DNA from: Candidatus Limnocylindrales bacterium
Lineage (GTDB): Bacteria; Chloroflexota; Limnocylindria; Limnocylindrales; CSP1-4
Assembly: GCA_038239115.1 (NCBI GenBank)
Contig: JBBSFD010000003.1
Location: 24,402 to 88,401 of the forward strand
Length of the DNA stretch: 64,000 nucleotides
Direction of reading: 5' to 3'
The position numbers and the translations under genes were made by a program. The notes under the pieces are model-generated. The model was given only the letters and a program-made list of their open reading frames with translations, ran no database searches and was not told the origin of the DNA. This document shows positions 38,570-48,700 of the stretch, piece after piece. The first letter of the stretch is position 1, and the number at the start of each line of letters is the position of its first letter.

Positions 38570-39504
38570 CGGATCGGCTCGTCCCGGTGATCGGTCAGCC
38601 GCAGGAAGACGTCCTCGAGCGAATCGCGGCGGTGGACCAGGCCCTCCGGGTACACCCCGGCGCCGGCCAGCAGGCGGGCCACCTCGGCTCCCCGGGCCGC
38701 GCCTTCGACCCGCAGCCCCTCGGCCCCTTCATCGACCGAGACCTTCAGGCCGGCTGCCTCCAGGGCCCGCTGGGCCGCCGGCACGTCGGCCGGGGTCAGC
38801 TGCACTTCGACCCGGTCGGTGCCCGCGCCGGAGAGCGCCTCGGGCGTGCCCTCGGCCAGGATCCGGCCGCGGTCCATGATCGCCACGTGGTCGCAGGTCT
38901 TCTCGACCTCGGTCAGCAGGTGGCTCGACACGAGGATCGTCCGGCCGGTGCCGGCCAGGGACGTCAACAGGTCCCGGATCTCCACGATGCCGGCCGGATC
39001 GAGCCCGTTGACCGGCTCGTCGAGGATGATGATCGGCGGGTCGGCCAGGAGGGCCAGGGCGATCCCCAGCCGCTGGCGCATCCCGGTCGAATAGCCCTTG
39101 ACCGAGCGCGTCCCGACCGAGGCCAGGTCGACCTGCTGGAGGACCGTGCCGATCCGGTCGTCGATCCGGCCGGTGGACCAGCCCCAGGTGGTGCCGGCCA
39201 CCCGCAGGTTGTCCCGGCCGGACAGGTGGGGATAGAAGACGGGCAGGGCGATCAGCGCACCGACCTGCTCGCCGGCCACCCAGCCGCGGTCGACGATGCG
39301 GCCCTCGATCGTGACACTGCCGGCGTCGGCCCGGACCAGGCCGACGAGGATTCGCAGGGCCGTCGTCTTGCCCGCCCCATTGGGTCCGAGGAGGCCGACG
39401 ACGTTGCCCTCGGCGACGGTCAGGTCGAGCCCATCGAGAGCCGCCACGCGGCCATACCGCTTGCGCAGGCCGGCCACCTGGATCGTGCCCGTCAAATGCT
39501 CCAT
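38566..39504 (-). CDS. ABC transporter ATP-binding protein
   Basis: ATG 39504 (MEHLTG). Walker A GPNGAGKTT, signature YSTGMRQRL, Walker B IIILDEP, H-loop VSSHLL. Confidence 0.9.
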   Translation of the reverse strand: MEHLTGTIQVAGLRKRYGRVAALDGLDLTVAEGNVVGLLGPNGAGKTTALRILVGLVRADAGSVTIEGRIVDRGWVAGEQVGALIALPVFYPHLSGRDNLRVAGTTWGWSTGRIDDRIGTVLQQVDLASVGTRSVKGYSTGMRQRLGIALALLADPPIIILDEPVNGLDPAGIVEIRDLLTSLAGTGRTILVSSHLLTEVEKTCDHVAIMDRGRILAEGTPEALSGAGTDRVEVQLTPADVPAAQRALEAAGLKVSVDEGAEGLRVEGAARGAEVARLLAGAGVYPEGLVHRRDSLEDVFLRLTDHRDEPIR

Positions 39505-39608
39505 CCCTCTGACCCGCCGGCTGACTTGGGCTCCGGCACCGACGAAGCATCGAGGCCCGGCCACAGCCCGTCAACGGGACGATTAGGGGGCTTGCACCTG
39601 TCGTCGGC

Positions 39609-40427
39609 TCAGGGCGCCTGGATGTCGATCACGATCCGGGTCGGGCTGGTCAGGGTCGAGATCGAGTAGCAGGCCTGGTGGCTGAGGCCGGCCACCCAGC
39701 TGACGTAGCCCTCGTAATCGCCGTTGTTGACCAGCGCGGTCAGGCTCGGATAGCCGGGTGAGAACGAATCCGGTCCGGTGTAGGTCGGATAGCCGTTGGC
39801 GTCATACAGCTTCAGCGTCAGGAAGGCGGAGCCGGCGACGTTGACCGGCTGCCCGCTGGCGTCCTCGACGAATGGTGGGTGGGCGACGGCCACGGTCAGC
39901 CGCGGCCGGCCGGTGCCGGCGAACTCGAACACGATCCGGTCGTAGCCGGCGTGCGTGCCCACCCGGACATCGCTGATCTTGGTCACGGCACTGGTGGTCG
40001 CCGGCAGCACCGTCTGGGCGGCGCAACTGAAGTCCTCGGGCGTGGACGGGCCGGCCGACGGGCCGGTCGATGCCGGGCCACCGAAGGTGATCGTTGGAGT
40101 CGGCGGCATCGCTGACGGCAGGCTGCTCGGCCCAACCGAGACGATCGGGCTGGGGCTGGCCCCTCCGGGCCCGACCCCGGCCAGGGAGCTGCCGGGGCCC
40201 GTGCCGGCCGGCCCGGGCAGCGCTCGGACGACCAGGACGAAGGCCACCGCAATAGCCGCGGCGGAAGCCAGGGCGGCCAGGCGCAGGCCGCCCCAGACGT
40301 TGGCCAGGCGGCGTCCCCGGGGCTGGCCCGGCAATTGGGCCAGGTGCTCGCGGAGCGAATCCGGGGCGGGCGGCAGGGAGCCGCGATGGAGGCCCTCGCG
40401 CAGTTGCTGTTCGAGCTCGTCGTTCAT
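39609..40427 (-). CDS. Membrane-spanning anti-sigma factor (putative)
   Basis: Short N-terminal cytoplasmic helix (MNDELEQQLREGLHRGSLPPAP), single TM, Pro/Ser/Gly-rich linker and a C-terminal extracytoplasmic domain. Start overlaps the stop of the ECF sigma gene (ATGA). Confidence 0.6.
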   Translation of the reverse strand: MNDELEQQLREGLHRGSLPPAPDSLREHLAQLPGQPRGRRLANVWGGLRLAALASAAAIAVAFVLVVRALPGPAGTGPGSSLAGVGPGGASPSPIVSVGPSSLPSAMPPTPTITFGGPASTGPSAGPSTPEDFSCAAQTVLPATTSAVTKISDVRVGTHAGYDRIVFEFAGTGRPRLTVAVAHPPFVEDASGQPVNVAGSAFLTLKLYDANGYPTYTGPDSFSPGYPSLTALVNNGDYEGYVSWVAGLSHQACYSISTLTSPTRIVIDIQAP

Positions 40428-41005
40428 CGGTTCTTGCCTCCGTCCGTCGCGTCGAGGACGCGCCGGATCTCGTTCAATGCGTGGTGCAGGCGGGATTTGA
40501 CCGTGCCGACCGGCCAGCCCAGCCGTTCGGCCACGCCGTCGAGGGTCAGGTCGGCCCAGTAGTGGAGGACCACGACCAGGCGTTCATCGGCGCTCAGGCC
40601 GGACATCGCCCGGACAACCTCGTCGCGGTTGAGAATCGTCCGGAAGGGATCAAACGGATCGGCATCGAAGCCGTCAGGATCGATCGGGCTGAATGTGATC
40701 CGGCGCCGGCGCCTGAGGCGGTCGCGGCAGATATTGACCAGGATCCGGTCGAACCAGGCCTGGAAGCCGGCCGGATCACGCAGGGATCCTGCCGATTGCC
40801 AGGCGCGTACCAATGCATCCTGCGTGGCATCCTCGGCTTCGTGCCGATCGCCCAGGATCATGCCGGCCAGGCGGTAGGCTCGATCGAGCTCCGCATTGGC
40901 CAGGCGCAGGAAGCGTTGTCCGGCTTCACCCGTTCCGGCTGGGCCCAGGTCTCTCTCCCGAAGTTCGAGCGTGGGTTGGATCGCGCGGTCGGTTGAGGTA
41001 AGCAT
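40424..41005 (-). CDS. ECF-subfamily RNA polymerase sigma factor
   Basis: ATG 41005 (MLTSTDRA). Sigma-2 DATQDALVRAWQ...FQAWFDRILVNICRDRLRRR, sigma-4 LSADERLVVVLHYWADLTLDGVAERLGWPVGTVKSRLHHA. Confidence 0.85.
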   Translation of the reverse strand: MLTSTDRAIQPTLELRERDLGPAGTGEAGQRFLRLANAELDRAYRLAGMILGDRHEAEDATQDALVRAWQSAGSLRDPAGFQAWFDRILVNICRDRLRRRRRITFSPIDPDGFDADPFDPFRTILNRDEVVRAMSGLSADERLVVVLHYWADLTLDGVAERLGWPVGTVKSRLHHALNEIRRVLDATDGGKNR

Positions 41006-41114
41006 CACATGGTTCCAGACGAACGCCAGCCCGATTCCGTTCTCGGCGTGCTTGGCGCTGGGTCCGTGCCGGCGGCGAACACGCCGCACCGCCTCTGAAA
41101 TCGACCTGCCAAGG

Positions 41115-41131
41115 CGTTCGCCCGAGGCGAA
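41115..41131. promoter_or_regulatory. Palindrome GTTCGCC-cga-GGCGAAC, 110 bp upstream of the ECF sigma start
   Basis: Perfect 7-bp inverted repeat, seen directly. Confidence 0.4.
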
Positions 41132-41185
41132 CAAATGGCGGAGGCCGGCCCGCTTGGTAGCCACCCTGGCGCCGTATCGTCGTCT

Positions 41186-41204
41186 TTGTTCGTACGGAGC
41201 GAAC
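41186..41204. promoter_or_regulatory. Palindrome TGTTCG-tacggag-CGAACA (related half-site)
   Basis: Perfect 6-bp inverted repeat sharing the GTTCG core, seen directly. Confidence 0.4.
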
Positions 41205-41268
41205 ATTTTCGCGGGAGGATCGGCGCGCGGATCGAAACGGCCATGCCGCGCCGATCGAAGTCTCGATT

Positions 41269-41285
41269 TGTTCGCCGTGGGCGAA
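41269..41285. promoter_or_regulatory. Palindrome GTTCGCC-gtg-GGCGAAC (second copy of the 41115 site)
   Basis: Same half-sites and spacing as 41115..41131, seen directly. Confidence 0.4.
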
Positions 41286-41388
41286 CACGCGGATGGCCTC
41301 TGAAGCCGCCGGCATATCTCCTCATGAGGTACCGGCCAAGCCGACGAGCGGCCGGCTGCGAGACGGCGCTGGCGAGCTTAAGCGGCGG

Positions 41389-41856
41389 CTAGACCAGGCG
41401 GTCCTCGGCGGCTTCGCGATCGGGCACGATCCGTTCGCAGGTCGGGCAGAACCAGCGCGTCTCGAGGGGGGTGCCACAGGCGTCGTGGCGGAGGGCCTCG
41501 TGGCCGTCGCCCGACGTGGCCGGGCTGCGCCCGCCCCAGTCCGCCAGGAGGCGCACGGCGCTGGCCAGGTCGCGGCCATCCGCGGTCAGGGCGTATTCCA
41601 TGCGCAGCGGCCGCTCCGAGTAGGGCACGGCGTGCAGGACGCGCTCGCGTTCGAGTCGGCGCAGGCGGTCCGACAGGATGTTCGGCGCGATTCCGGGGAC
41701 CCCGGCCAGCAGGTCGTTGAAGCGAGCCGGCCCGTCGAGTAGGCGCTCGACCAGGAGCAGGCTCCAGCGGTCGCCCACCCGGTCCAGGGCGGCGCCCAGC
41801 GGGGACAGCGGCGATGTCGGGTCGGAGGGCAGTGCGCGCTTGGCCACGTCTTCCAT
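41389..41856 (-). CDS. HxlR-family transcriptional regulator with C-terminal Cys-rich (zinc-ribbon-like) extension
   Basis: ATG 41856 (MEDVAKRALP). HxlR winged-helix core (DRWSLLLVERLLDGPARFNDL, MEYALTADG). Extra 40-aa tail HDACGTPLETRWFCPTCER. Confidence 0.8.
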   Translation of the reverse strand: MEDVAKRALPSDPTSPLSPLGAALDRVGDRWSLLLVERLLDGPARFNDLLAGVPGIAPNILSDRLRRLERERVLHAVPYSERPLRMEYALTADGRDLASAVRLLADWGGRSPATSGDGHEALRHDACGTPLETRWFCPTCERIVPDREAAEDRLV

Positions 41857-41985
41857 GGTAGGCGGCGCGGGTTCCCTGGTGGTTGCAGTCACTCCGACAT
41901 AGTAGTAGATTGCAATGCACTAGTCGCCGGGTCGGGCCAGCAGCCTGCGCCGGCGCAGAGCAACACCACAGGAGTCGAACCTCTC

Positions 41986-42879
41986 ATGAGCTTTGTCGAA
42001 GATCTCCAGGCAGCCATCCAGGGAGCCGCCCAGAAGGCCGGCCCGTCCATCGTCGGAGTCGGCCGGCGCCAGCGTGGCTCCGGCGTGGTCGTCGCCGACG
42101 GCCAGGTCCTGACCAACGCCCACAACCTCCGCGGCGACGAGGTGACCGTTACCTTCGCCGACGGCCGCTCGACCGTGGGCACCGTCCAGGGCGTCGACCA
42201 CGATGGCGACCTGGCGGTCATCGCCGTCGACACCGCCGGCGCGGCCGCGATCGGCTGGTCCAGCGACGCCTCGCTGGCCGTGGGCTCGGTCGTGTTCGGG
42301 GCAGCCGCCTCGCGCTCGAGCGGCACGCGCCTCACGCTGGGCACCGTCTCGGCCGTCGGCCGGGCATTCCGGGGACCCGGTGGACGCCGGATCTCGGGCA
42401 GCATCGAGCACACGGCGCCACTCGCCTCCGGCTCGTCCGGCGGCGCCCTGCTCGACAGCCAGGGCCGCTTCGCCGGCTTGAACACAAACCGGATCGGCGA
42501 CGGCTTCTATCTGGCCCTGCCGGCCGACGCCAGCCTGCGTGAGCGGGTCGAGTCGCTGGCCGCCGGCACCTCGGTCGAACGACCCCGCCTGGGCATCGCG
42601 ATCGCGCCGGCATTCGTCGCTCGCCGGTTGCGCCGCTCGGTCGGCCTGCCCGATCGGGATGGCCTGCTGGTCCGCGAGGTCGAGGACGACAGCCCGGCCG
42701 CATCGGCCGGCATCGTCCGGGGCGACCTCATCGTGTCGGTGGCCGGTTCGCCGGTGGGCGACCCCGATGAGCTCCTCGACGCGATCCGGGCAGCCAAGCG
42801 CCCGTTCGAGATCGGCCTGGTCCGCGGTGCGGACGAGCTGTCGGTCACGATCGGCGCATCGACCAGCAAGGCCAACTAG
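41986..42879 (+). CDS. S1C-family trypsin-like serine protease with C-terminal PDZ domain
   Basis: LTNAHNL (His), DLAVIAV (Asp), GSSGGALLD (Ser), then a PDZ domain (GLLVREVEDDSPAASAGIVRGDLIV). No signal peptide detected. Divergent from the HxlR gene. Confidence 0.85.
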   Translation: MSFVEDLQAAIQGAAQKAGPSIVGVGRRQRGSGVVVADGQVLTNAHNLRGDEVTVTFADGRSTVGTVQGVDHDGDLAVIAVDTAGAAAIGWSSDASLAVGSVVFGAAASRSSGTRLTLGTVSAVGRAFRGPGGRRISGSIEHTAPLASGSSGGALLDSQGRFAGLNTNRIGDGFYLALPADASLRERVESLAAGTSVERPRLGIAIAPAFVARRLRRSVGLPDRDGLLVREVEDDSPAASAGIVRGDLIVSVAGSPVGDPDELLDAIRAAKRPFEIGLVRGADELSVTIGASTSKAN

Positions 42880-42914
42880 CGCCCGACCGGGGCCAACCGG
42901 GGTAGCCTGACGCG

Positions 42915-43838
42915 GTGAAACCCGTCGTCTGGCTCCCCGAGTCGACGCCGTCCCAGGAGCTGGACAGCCTGCGCTCGCTGGCCGAGCTGAGGCTGTATCC
43001 GGCCACCGGCGGACTGGCGGGCGATGGTCCACTCGAGGGCGACCTGCTGGTGGCCAGTGCCGGCTGGGCCCGGGCCCTCGAGGTCGCCGGACAGCTCGAA
43101 CGGCTCGGGGCCATCCAGACGATCACCGCCGGTGTCGACCGGATGGTCGACCAGGTCCCGGCCGGCGTTGTCCTGTGTGATGCCGCCGGCGTGCACGACG
43201 TGCCGGTTGCCGAATGGGTCGTCCTGGCGATCCTGGCCGCCCAGCGCAACCTGCCCGTCTACCTCGAAGCGCAGCGGGCCGGCGAGTGGCGCCGAGAGCG
43301 CGAAACCGGCCAGGACCTGGTCGATGCCAGCGTTATGTTGGTTGGCGCCGGTGCTATTGGCCGGGCGGTCGAAGCCCGCCTGGCCCCGTTCGGCGTCCGG
43401 ATCGAGCGGGTCGCCCGCCGGTCCCGGCCGGGCGTCCACCCGATCACCGAGCTGCGCTCCCTCCTCCCCGGCGCGGACATCGTGGTCATCCTGTTGCCGC
43501 TGACCGACTCGACCCGGGGTGTCATCGACGCGGACACCATCGCGGCGATGAAGCCCGGCGCGCTCCTGGTCAACGCTGCCCGCGGTCCGATCATCGACTC
43601 GGCCGCGCTGACCGCAGCCGTCCTGGCCGGACGGATCCGGGTGGCCCTCGACGTGACCGATCCCGAGCCCCTGCCGGCCGGGCATCCCCTCTGGTCAGCG
43701 CCCGGTGCCCTCATCACGCCCCATGTGGCCAGCGACGTCGTTCGTGAGCAGGAACGGGCGTGGCGGCTGGTCCACGACCAGGTCGAGCGACTGGCCCGGG
43801 GTGAGGCCCTGGCCAACGTGGTCGTCGACGGCTACTGA
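42915..43838 (+). CDS. D-isomer-specific 2-hydroxyacid dehydrogenase family protein (NAD-binding)
   Basis: GTG start. Rossmann VGAGAIGRAVEARLAPFG and catalytic-domain motifs LLVNAARGPIID and ALDVTDPEP. Confidence 0.85.
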   Translation: MKPVVWLPESTPSQELDSLRSLAELRLYPATGGLAGDGPLEGDLLVASAGWARALEVAGQLERLGAIQTITAGVDRMVDQVPAGVVLCDAAGVHDVPVAEWVVLAILAAQRNLPVYLEAQRAGEWRRERETGQDLVDASVMLVGAGAIGRAVEARLAPFGVRIERVARRSRPGVHPITELRSLLPGADIVVILLPLTDSTRGVIDADTIAAMKPGALLVNAARGPIIDSAALTAAVLAGRIRVALDVTDPEPLPAGHPLWSAPGALITPHVASDVVREQERAWRLVHDQVERLARGEALANVVVDGY

Positions 43839-44398
43839 TCCCGGAACACAGGCAGGCCGCCCAGCCCGGCCAGGGCGGTCAGGGCCGCCTCGGTGACGGC
43901 CGCGATCCCCGCCTCGTCCACGTCGATCGTGATCCGGGCCAGCGCGGCATAGAGCGGATCGCGGCGGGCAGCCCGGGCGCGGGCGACCTCGAGCGGGTCG
44001 GGTCCGTAGATCGGCCGATGCTCGTCGTCACTGGCGAAGCGCTGGGCCAGGGTCGCCGGCGAGGCCCGCAGCCAGATCACGACCACGTCGTCGCGGACCA
44101 GGCCGGCCCGGGCGGCGGGGTCCTCGATCACGCTGGCGGCAGCGCAGATCACATCGGACTCGTTCGTGGCAAGCGCGTCGAGGAGGGCCTGGGCCTCGGC
44201 TCGGTGGAGTCCGTCCGTGCCCAGCTCGGCCCGGATCTCGCGCGCCGTCCGGCCGGTCGTCGCCAGCAGGGTGGCGTCGGAGTCGCGGACCGGCCAGCCA
44301 AGCCTGGCCCCGATGGCCGTCCCGACCGAGGTCTTGCCCGCGCCCATCAGGCCGGCTACGACGACGTGGCGAATCTCCGTGGGGCCGGCGGCGCTCAT
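43832..44398 (-). CDS. P-loop kinase of the shikimate kinase / AAA-family fold (about 188 aa)
   Basis: ATG 44398 (MSAAGPTEIRHVVVAGLMGAGKTSVG), Walker A GAGKTS. Start overlaps the stop of the upstream MFS gene (ATGA). The N-terminal 450 aa of track ORF 43832..45760 is an out-of-frame overlap with the MFS gene and is rejected. Confidence 0.7.
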   Translation of the reverse strand: MSAAGPTEIRHVVVAGLMGAGKTSVGTAIGARLGWPVRDSDATLLATTGRTAREIRAELGTDGLHRAEAQALLDALATNESDVICAAASVIEDPAARAGLVRDDVVVIWLRASPATLAQRFASDDEHRPIYGPDPLEVARARAARRDPLYAALARITIDVDEAGIAAVTEAALTALAGLGGLPVFRDQ

Positions 44399-45708
44399 GG
44401 CCCAACGCGCTCGACCGGCCGGTAGTGCTCGTCGACCGGGCGCAGGAGCAGGCCGCCGACGACGAAGAAAACGACGGCCAGGGCATAGGCGGCCCGGGGT
44501 CCACTGCCCACCCCCGCCGCCTGATCGACCGCGTCCATCAGGGTCCCGCCCAGGGCCAGCGCGAAGATGCTGGCGGACGCCGTCGCGACGTTGCTGATGC
44601 CCATGTACCGGCCCGACGATGCCTTCGGGATGATGTCGGTCATGAGCGCCCAGTCTAGGGCCAGGAACATGCCCGAAGCGAGGCCGAACAGGACCACCCC
44701 CAGGTAGGCGACGGGCAGGATCGGCGCGAAAGCCACGACCGTCATCCCGGCCGCCCCGAGGCCAAAGCTGGCGTAAAGCAGGCGCTTGCGCCCGATCCGA
44801 TCGGACAGCCGGCCGGCCGGTATGACCGCCGCCAGGTTTGCCACGAGGACGAGCCCGACCACGACCAGGAAGGTCGTGCCACTGGCTGTCTCGTCGAGCC
44901 CGAAGGTCTGGTGCAGGTAGAACGGGCCTAGGGTGGCCAGCATCGCAGCGCCCATCAGGAACAGCAGCCGCGACCCGACCAGCCACAGGAAGCTGTGCTC
45001 GCGCAGGACGTCGGTGCCCCACGCCTCGCGAGCCACCGCGAACCACGATCGGCCGCCGCGCGACTTCGTGACCTGCCCATCGTTGACCCGCAGGACGACG
45101 CTGACCATCGTGCTCACCTCCAGGGCCCCCAGGGCCAGCGTGGCCAGGAAGTAGTCGTGGCTGACGGCCGCGATCGAGCCGATCATGAAGCCGGCTACGT
45201 TGCCCAGGATCTGCATCAGGCCGACAAGCGAGCTGGCCAGCCCAACCTGGCGGGCCGGCACGAGGTCGGGAACGTAGCCCTGGAACGGGCCCTGGGCGAG
45301 GTTGCTGCTGAATTGCAGGAAGATCACGAACACGGCGATGCCGACCAGCGAGTTCGAGGCGGCGATGCCGAACAGGAAGACGACGTCGAGGAGCGAGCCG
45401 ACGAGGATGTACGGCTTGCGCCTGCCCCAGCGGCTGATCGTGTAGTCGCTGAGCGAGCCGACCGTGGGTTGGACGAGCAGGGCCACGATCGAGCCACCGA
45501 AGGTCAGCAGGAACAGGGTGGTGCCTTCGGTCCCGGCGCTGACCAGGCCGGTGAACTGGAGGCGGTTGCCCAGGATGTTGGTCAGGCCGGCGAAGATCGA
45601 GGAAATGCCCAGCCAGTACAGCGACAGCCGGACGAGCTGGACGACCGGCAGGCTGGCGGTCGGGCGGCCGGTCGCAGGGCCTGTGCTCAGTTGATTCGGC
45701 TCGGGCAA
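44395..45708 (-). CDS. MFS transporter
   Basis: 12 predicted TM helices, MFS loop motif GSLSDYTISRWGRRKP and second-half GRLSDRIGRKR. Confidence 0.85.
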   Translation of the reverse strand: MPEPNQLSTGPATGRPTASLPVVQLVRLSLYWLGISSIFAGLTNILGNRLQFTGLVSAGTEGTTLFLLTFGGSIVALLVQPTVGSLSDYTISRWGRRKPYILVGSLLDVVFLFGIAASNSLVGIAVFVIFLQFSSNLAQGPFQGYVPDLVPARQVGLASSLVGLMQILGNVAGFMIGSIAAVSHDYFLATLALGALEVSTMVSVVLRVNDGQVTKSRGGRSWFAVAREAWGTDVLREHSFLWLVGSRLLFLMGAAMLATLGPFYLHQTFGLDETASGTTFLVVVGLVLVANLAAVIPAGRLSDRIGRKRLLYASFGLGAAGMTVVAFAPILPVAYLGVVLFGLASGMFLALDWALMTDIIPKASSGRYMGISNVATASASIFALALGGTLMDAVDQAAGVGSGPRAAYALAVVFFVVGGLLLRPVDEHYRPVERVGP

Positions 45709-48700
45709 AGGGCCGCGTACGGGCAGCGCTCGCAGGTCTTCTGGGACGGCGTGGCCGCAAAGTCGCCCGACCGGATTCGGGCCGCCCGGGCGAGGATGTC
45801 GGCCCGGGCCGCCTCGAGCTCTTCGTCCGACCGGGTCGAGCTGGTGCGCATCGACGATTCGGTGAAGTACAGGGTCACTCGCTCGGGCCGGCCCAGGCCC
45901 AGGGCATCGCGACAGGCGAGTGCGTAGATCGACAGCTGCAGGTTGACCGCGGCCTCCTTCTGCGACTTCGAGTTGCCGGTCTTGTAGTCAATTACCTCGA
46001 TCCCACCCGAAGGCAGGCGGTCGATCCGGTCGATCGAACCCGTGACCACGACCGTGGGGCTGCCGTCGGCCGGCTCGAGCTGGAGCTCGAAGGGCAGCTC
46101 CTCGTGCAGGACCTGGCTGGTCGAGCTCAGCTCGCCTTGCCAGAATCGCTCGAGCAGGTTGCCGGTCTTGCGCTGGTATTCCGCCTCGGTCGTCCGGTCG
46201 CCGAAGTCCTCGGGCTTCCAGCCGGCGGCAAAGATCCGTTCGAGGTCGGCCCGGGTCGGGGCCGGCTCGCCCCGGGCCAGGCGCTCGCGGCGCTCCCGGG
46301 TGAACTCCTCGAAGGCGGCATGGGCGGCCGAGCCGAAGGCGAAGTAGCCGGCAGTGCGTGCGGTGGGAATGCGATACACGCTGGCGAATGCGTACTCGAG
46401 GGGGCAATGCTCGTAGGTCGAGAATTGGGAGTAGCTGAAGTGCCGTCCGAGCGGGGCAACCTGGAGCAGGTGGGCCCCAGCGACGCTGTCCTGGGCCAGC
46501 TCCTGGAAGGTGAATGGGTCCAGGCCCCGGGCGCGGGCATCCTCCGCGCTGGTCGCGGCCGAACGACCGACCTGGGCGAGCTCTTCGGTAAAGCGCAGTC
46601 TGGCGGCCTCGGATTCCGGGGATGCGGCACTCGTTCCTTCGAGCATGCCCACGAGCTCGGTGGCGCGCAGGCGCAGCGCCAGCCGCCGTTCGCGCCTGGT
46701 GGGCAGGGGCATGACCCGGCGGACGGCGGCCACGCTTCGTTCGAGGAGCGGGTCGTCGGCCTCGCGGAGTCCAGCGGGATCATCGGGCACCGTCTCCAGC
46801 GTGCCCGAAACGCCGGCCGCCCGGTCAATGAAACGGATCGCTGGCCCGTCCAGCCCGTCCTCGCCGACGCCGCGCAGCTCGGCGATGAATGGCGAGAAAC
46901 CCAGGTTCTGGCCGGCCGGGCCGGGGTGGCAGGTCACGATCAGGCGGTCCTGGGCCCGGGTCAGGGCCACGTACAGGAGACGTCGCTCCTCCTCGAGGTT
47001 GAAGTCGGGCGACGGCCGGCCCTCGCGCAGGAGGTCGATCGGGAACAGGTCGTTGATGCCCATCGTGCCCGGCCACTCGCGCTCGACCAGCCCGGGCACG
47101 ATCACCACCGGAAACTCGAGGCCCTTGGCCTGGTACACGGTCATCAGCCGGACGCCCTCGACGTCCTCGCTCAGCTCCACGCTCGTGGGCAGCTCGCCGC
47201 CGGCGTCCTGGTAGGCATCCAGGTAGTCCACGAACTGGTTGAGATGGCCGCTGGGAAAGGCGGTCTGCCAGTCGTTCGTGAAGCGCAGGAAGCTGGCCAG
47301 GTTGACCGCGATCCGCTGCGACTCGCGGGTGTCGGCCCCGATCAGGTCGAGGATCTGGCCGGTCCGCTCGAGGAAGCGCTCGAGCAAGGTGTACGGCCCC
47401 TCGCGCCAGGTCTGGGGCGCCAGCTCGTCGATCGTCTCGAGCAGGCGCCGCAGCTTGGCCCGGGTATCCGGTCCCACCGCAATCGCCCGGGTTGCGATCA
47501 CCCCGCTCGCGCCCGTCCCGGATGGCGCGTCCGAACCGTCGGCCGGGACATCGAGGCGCTCCACCTTGAGCTGGCCGGAGGCGACCACCTCGCGGGCCGC
47601 GTCGATCAGGTGGCCCCGGTCGAAGCGGGCCATCCGGCTGATCTCGAGGATCTCGAGCGGGTCGAGCCGCCAGGGCCCGGCTGACATCATCCGGACGAGG
47701 GCCACGTCGTGGTGCGGATCGGCGATCGCCCGGAGGCTCTGCTCGAGGTCGCGGACCTCGGGCGTGTCGAACAACGACAGGCCACCCACGACCGTGTAGG
47801 GGATCTCCTCGTCGCGCAGCCGGGCGACGATCTCGTTGCGGTGCTTGTGCTTGCGGTAGAGGACCGCGATCGAGGACCAGGCGGGTGGGCCGTCCGGCCG
47901 CCGGGCCAGGTCCTGGATGGCATCAACGACGGCCACGGCTTCGTCCTCGGGCCCGGCGCAGGCGATCACCTCGACGGTCTGGCCAGGCGGCCGGTCCGTG
48001 ATCAGGCGCTTGTCCGGCTCCTGGCGTTCGAGGTTGTGGGCGATCAGCCGGTTGGCCACCGCCAGGATCTCGGGCACCGAGCGAAAGTTTCGGGTGATCT
48101 GCAGCCGGGCGGGCGGGCCGGGCGATCGGGCGCCCGGCGCGTGGATGGGCGGCCCCGAGAAGCGCCGGCCGAACTCGCCGAAGGCGGCAAAGCTGGCGCC
48201 CCGGAAGTGATAGATCGATTGGTCGTCGTCGCCCACGACCATCACGTTGTCGGGCCGGTCGGGGGTCCGGCCAAGGAGCTCGATCAGCTCGATCTGGGCC
48301 ACGTTGGCGTCCTGGAACTCGTCCACCAGGATGTAGCGATACGTCCGCTGCCAGCGCCGCAGGATATTCGGACGCGCCTTCCAGAGCCGGGTGACTGCGG
48401 CAATCTGCTCGCCGAAGTCCAGCGCGCCACGGGCGATCAGCTCGGCCTGGTAGGCGCGATAGACCCGGGCCTGCTCATCGAGGCGGACGATCTCGAGCGC
48501 GGCGCCGTCGACGACGTAGGACCCCGCCAGCTTGTCGATCTCGATCCGCTCGGCCGCGTTGAAGTGCCGGGTGTGCTGGACTGCCCCGGTGCCCAGCACC
48601 GTCCGGCGGGCTTCCCGGTCAGCGGCCTTGTCGGGCGACGGGCGGCGATCCTCGAGCAGGTCGTCACCTCGGGCCTCGGCTCGCTCGAATTTGCGCAGCC

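Noticed and set aside
43832-45760. 642-aa minus ORF
   Set aside because: Only the C-terminal 188 aa (P-loop kinase) is coding. The rest overlaps the MFS gene out of frame.
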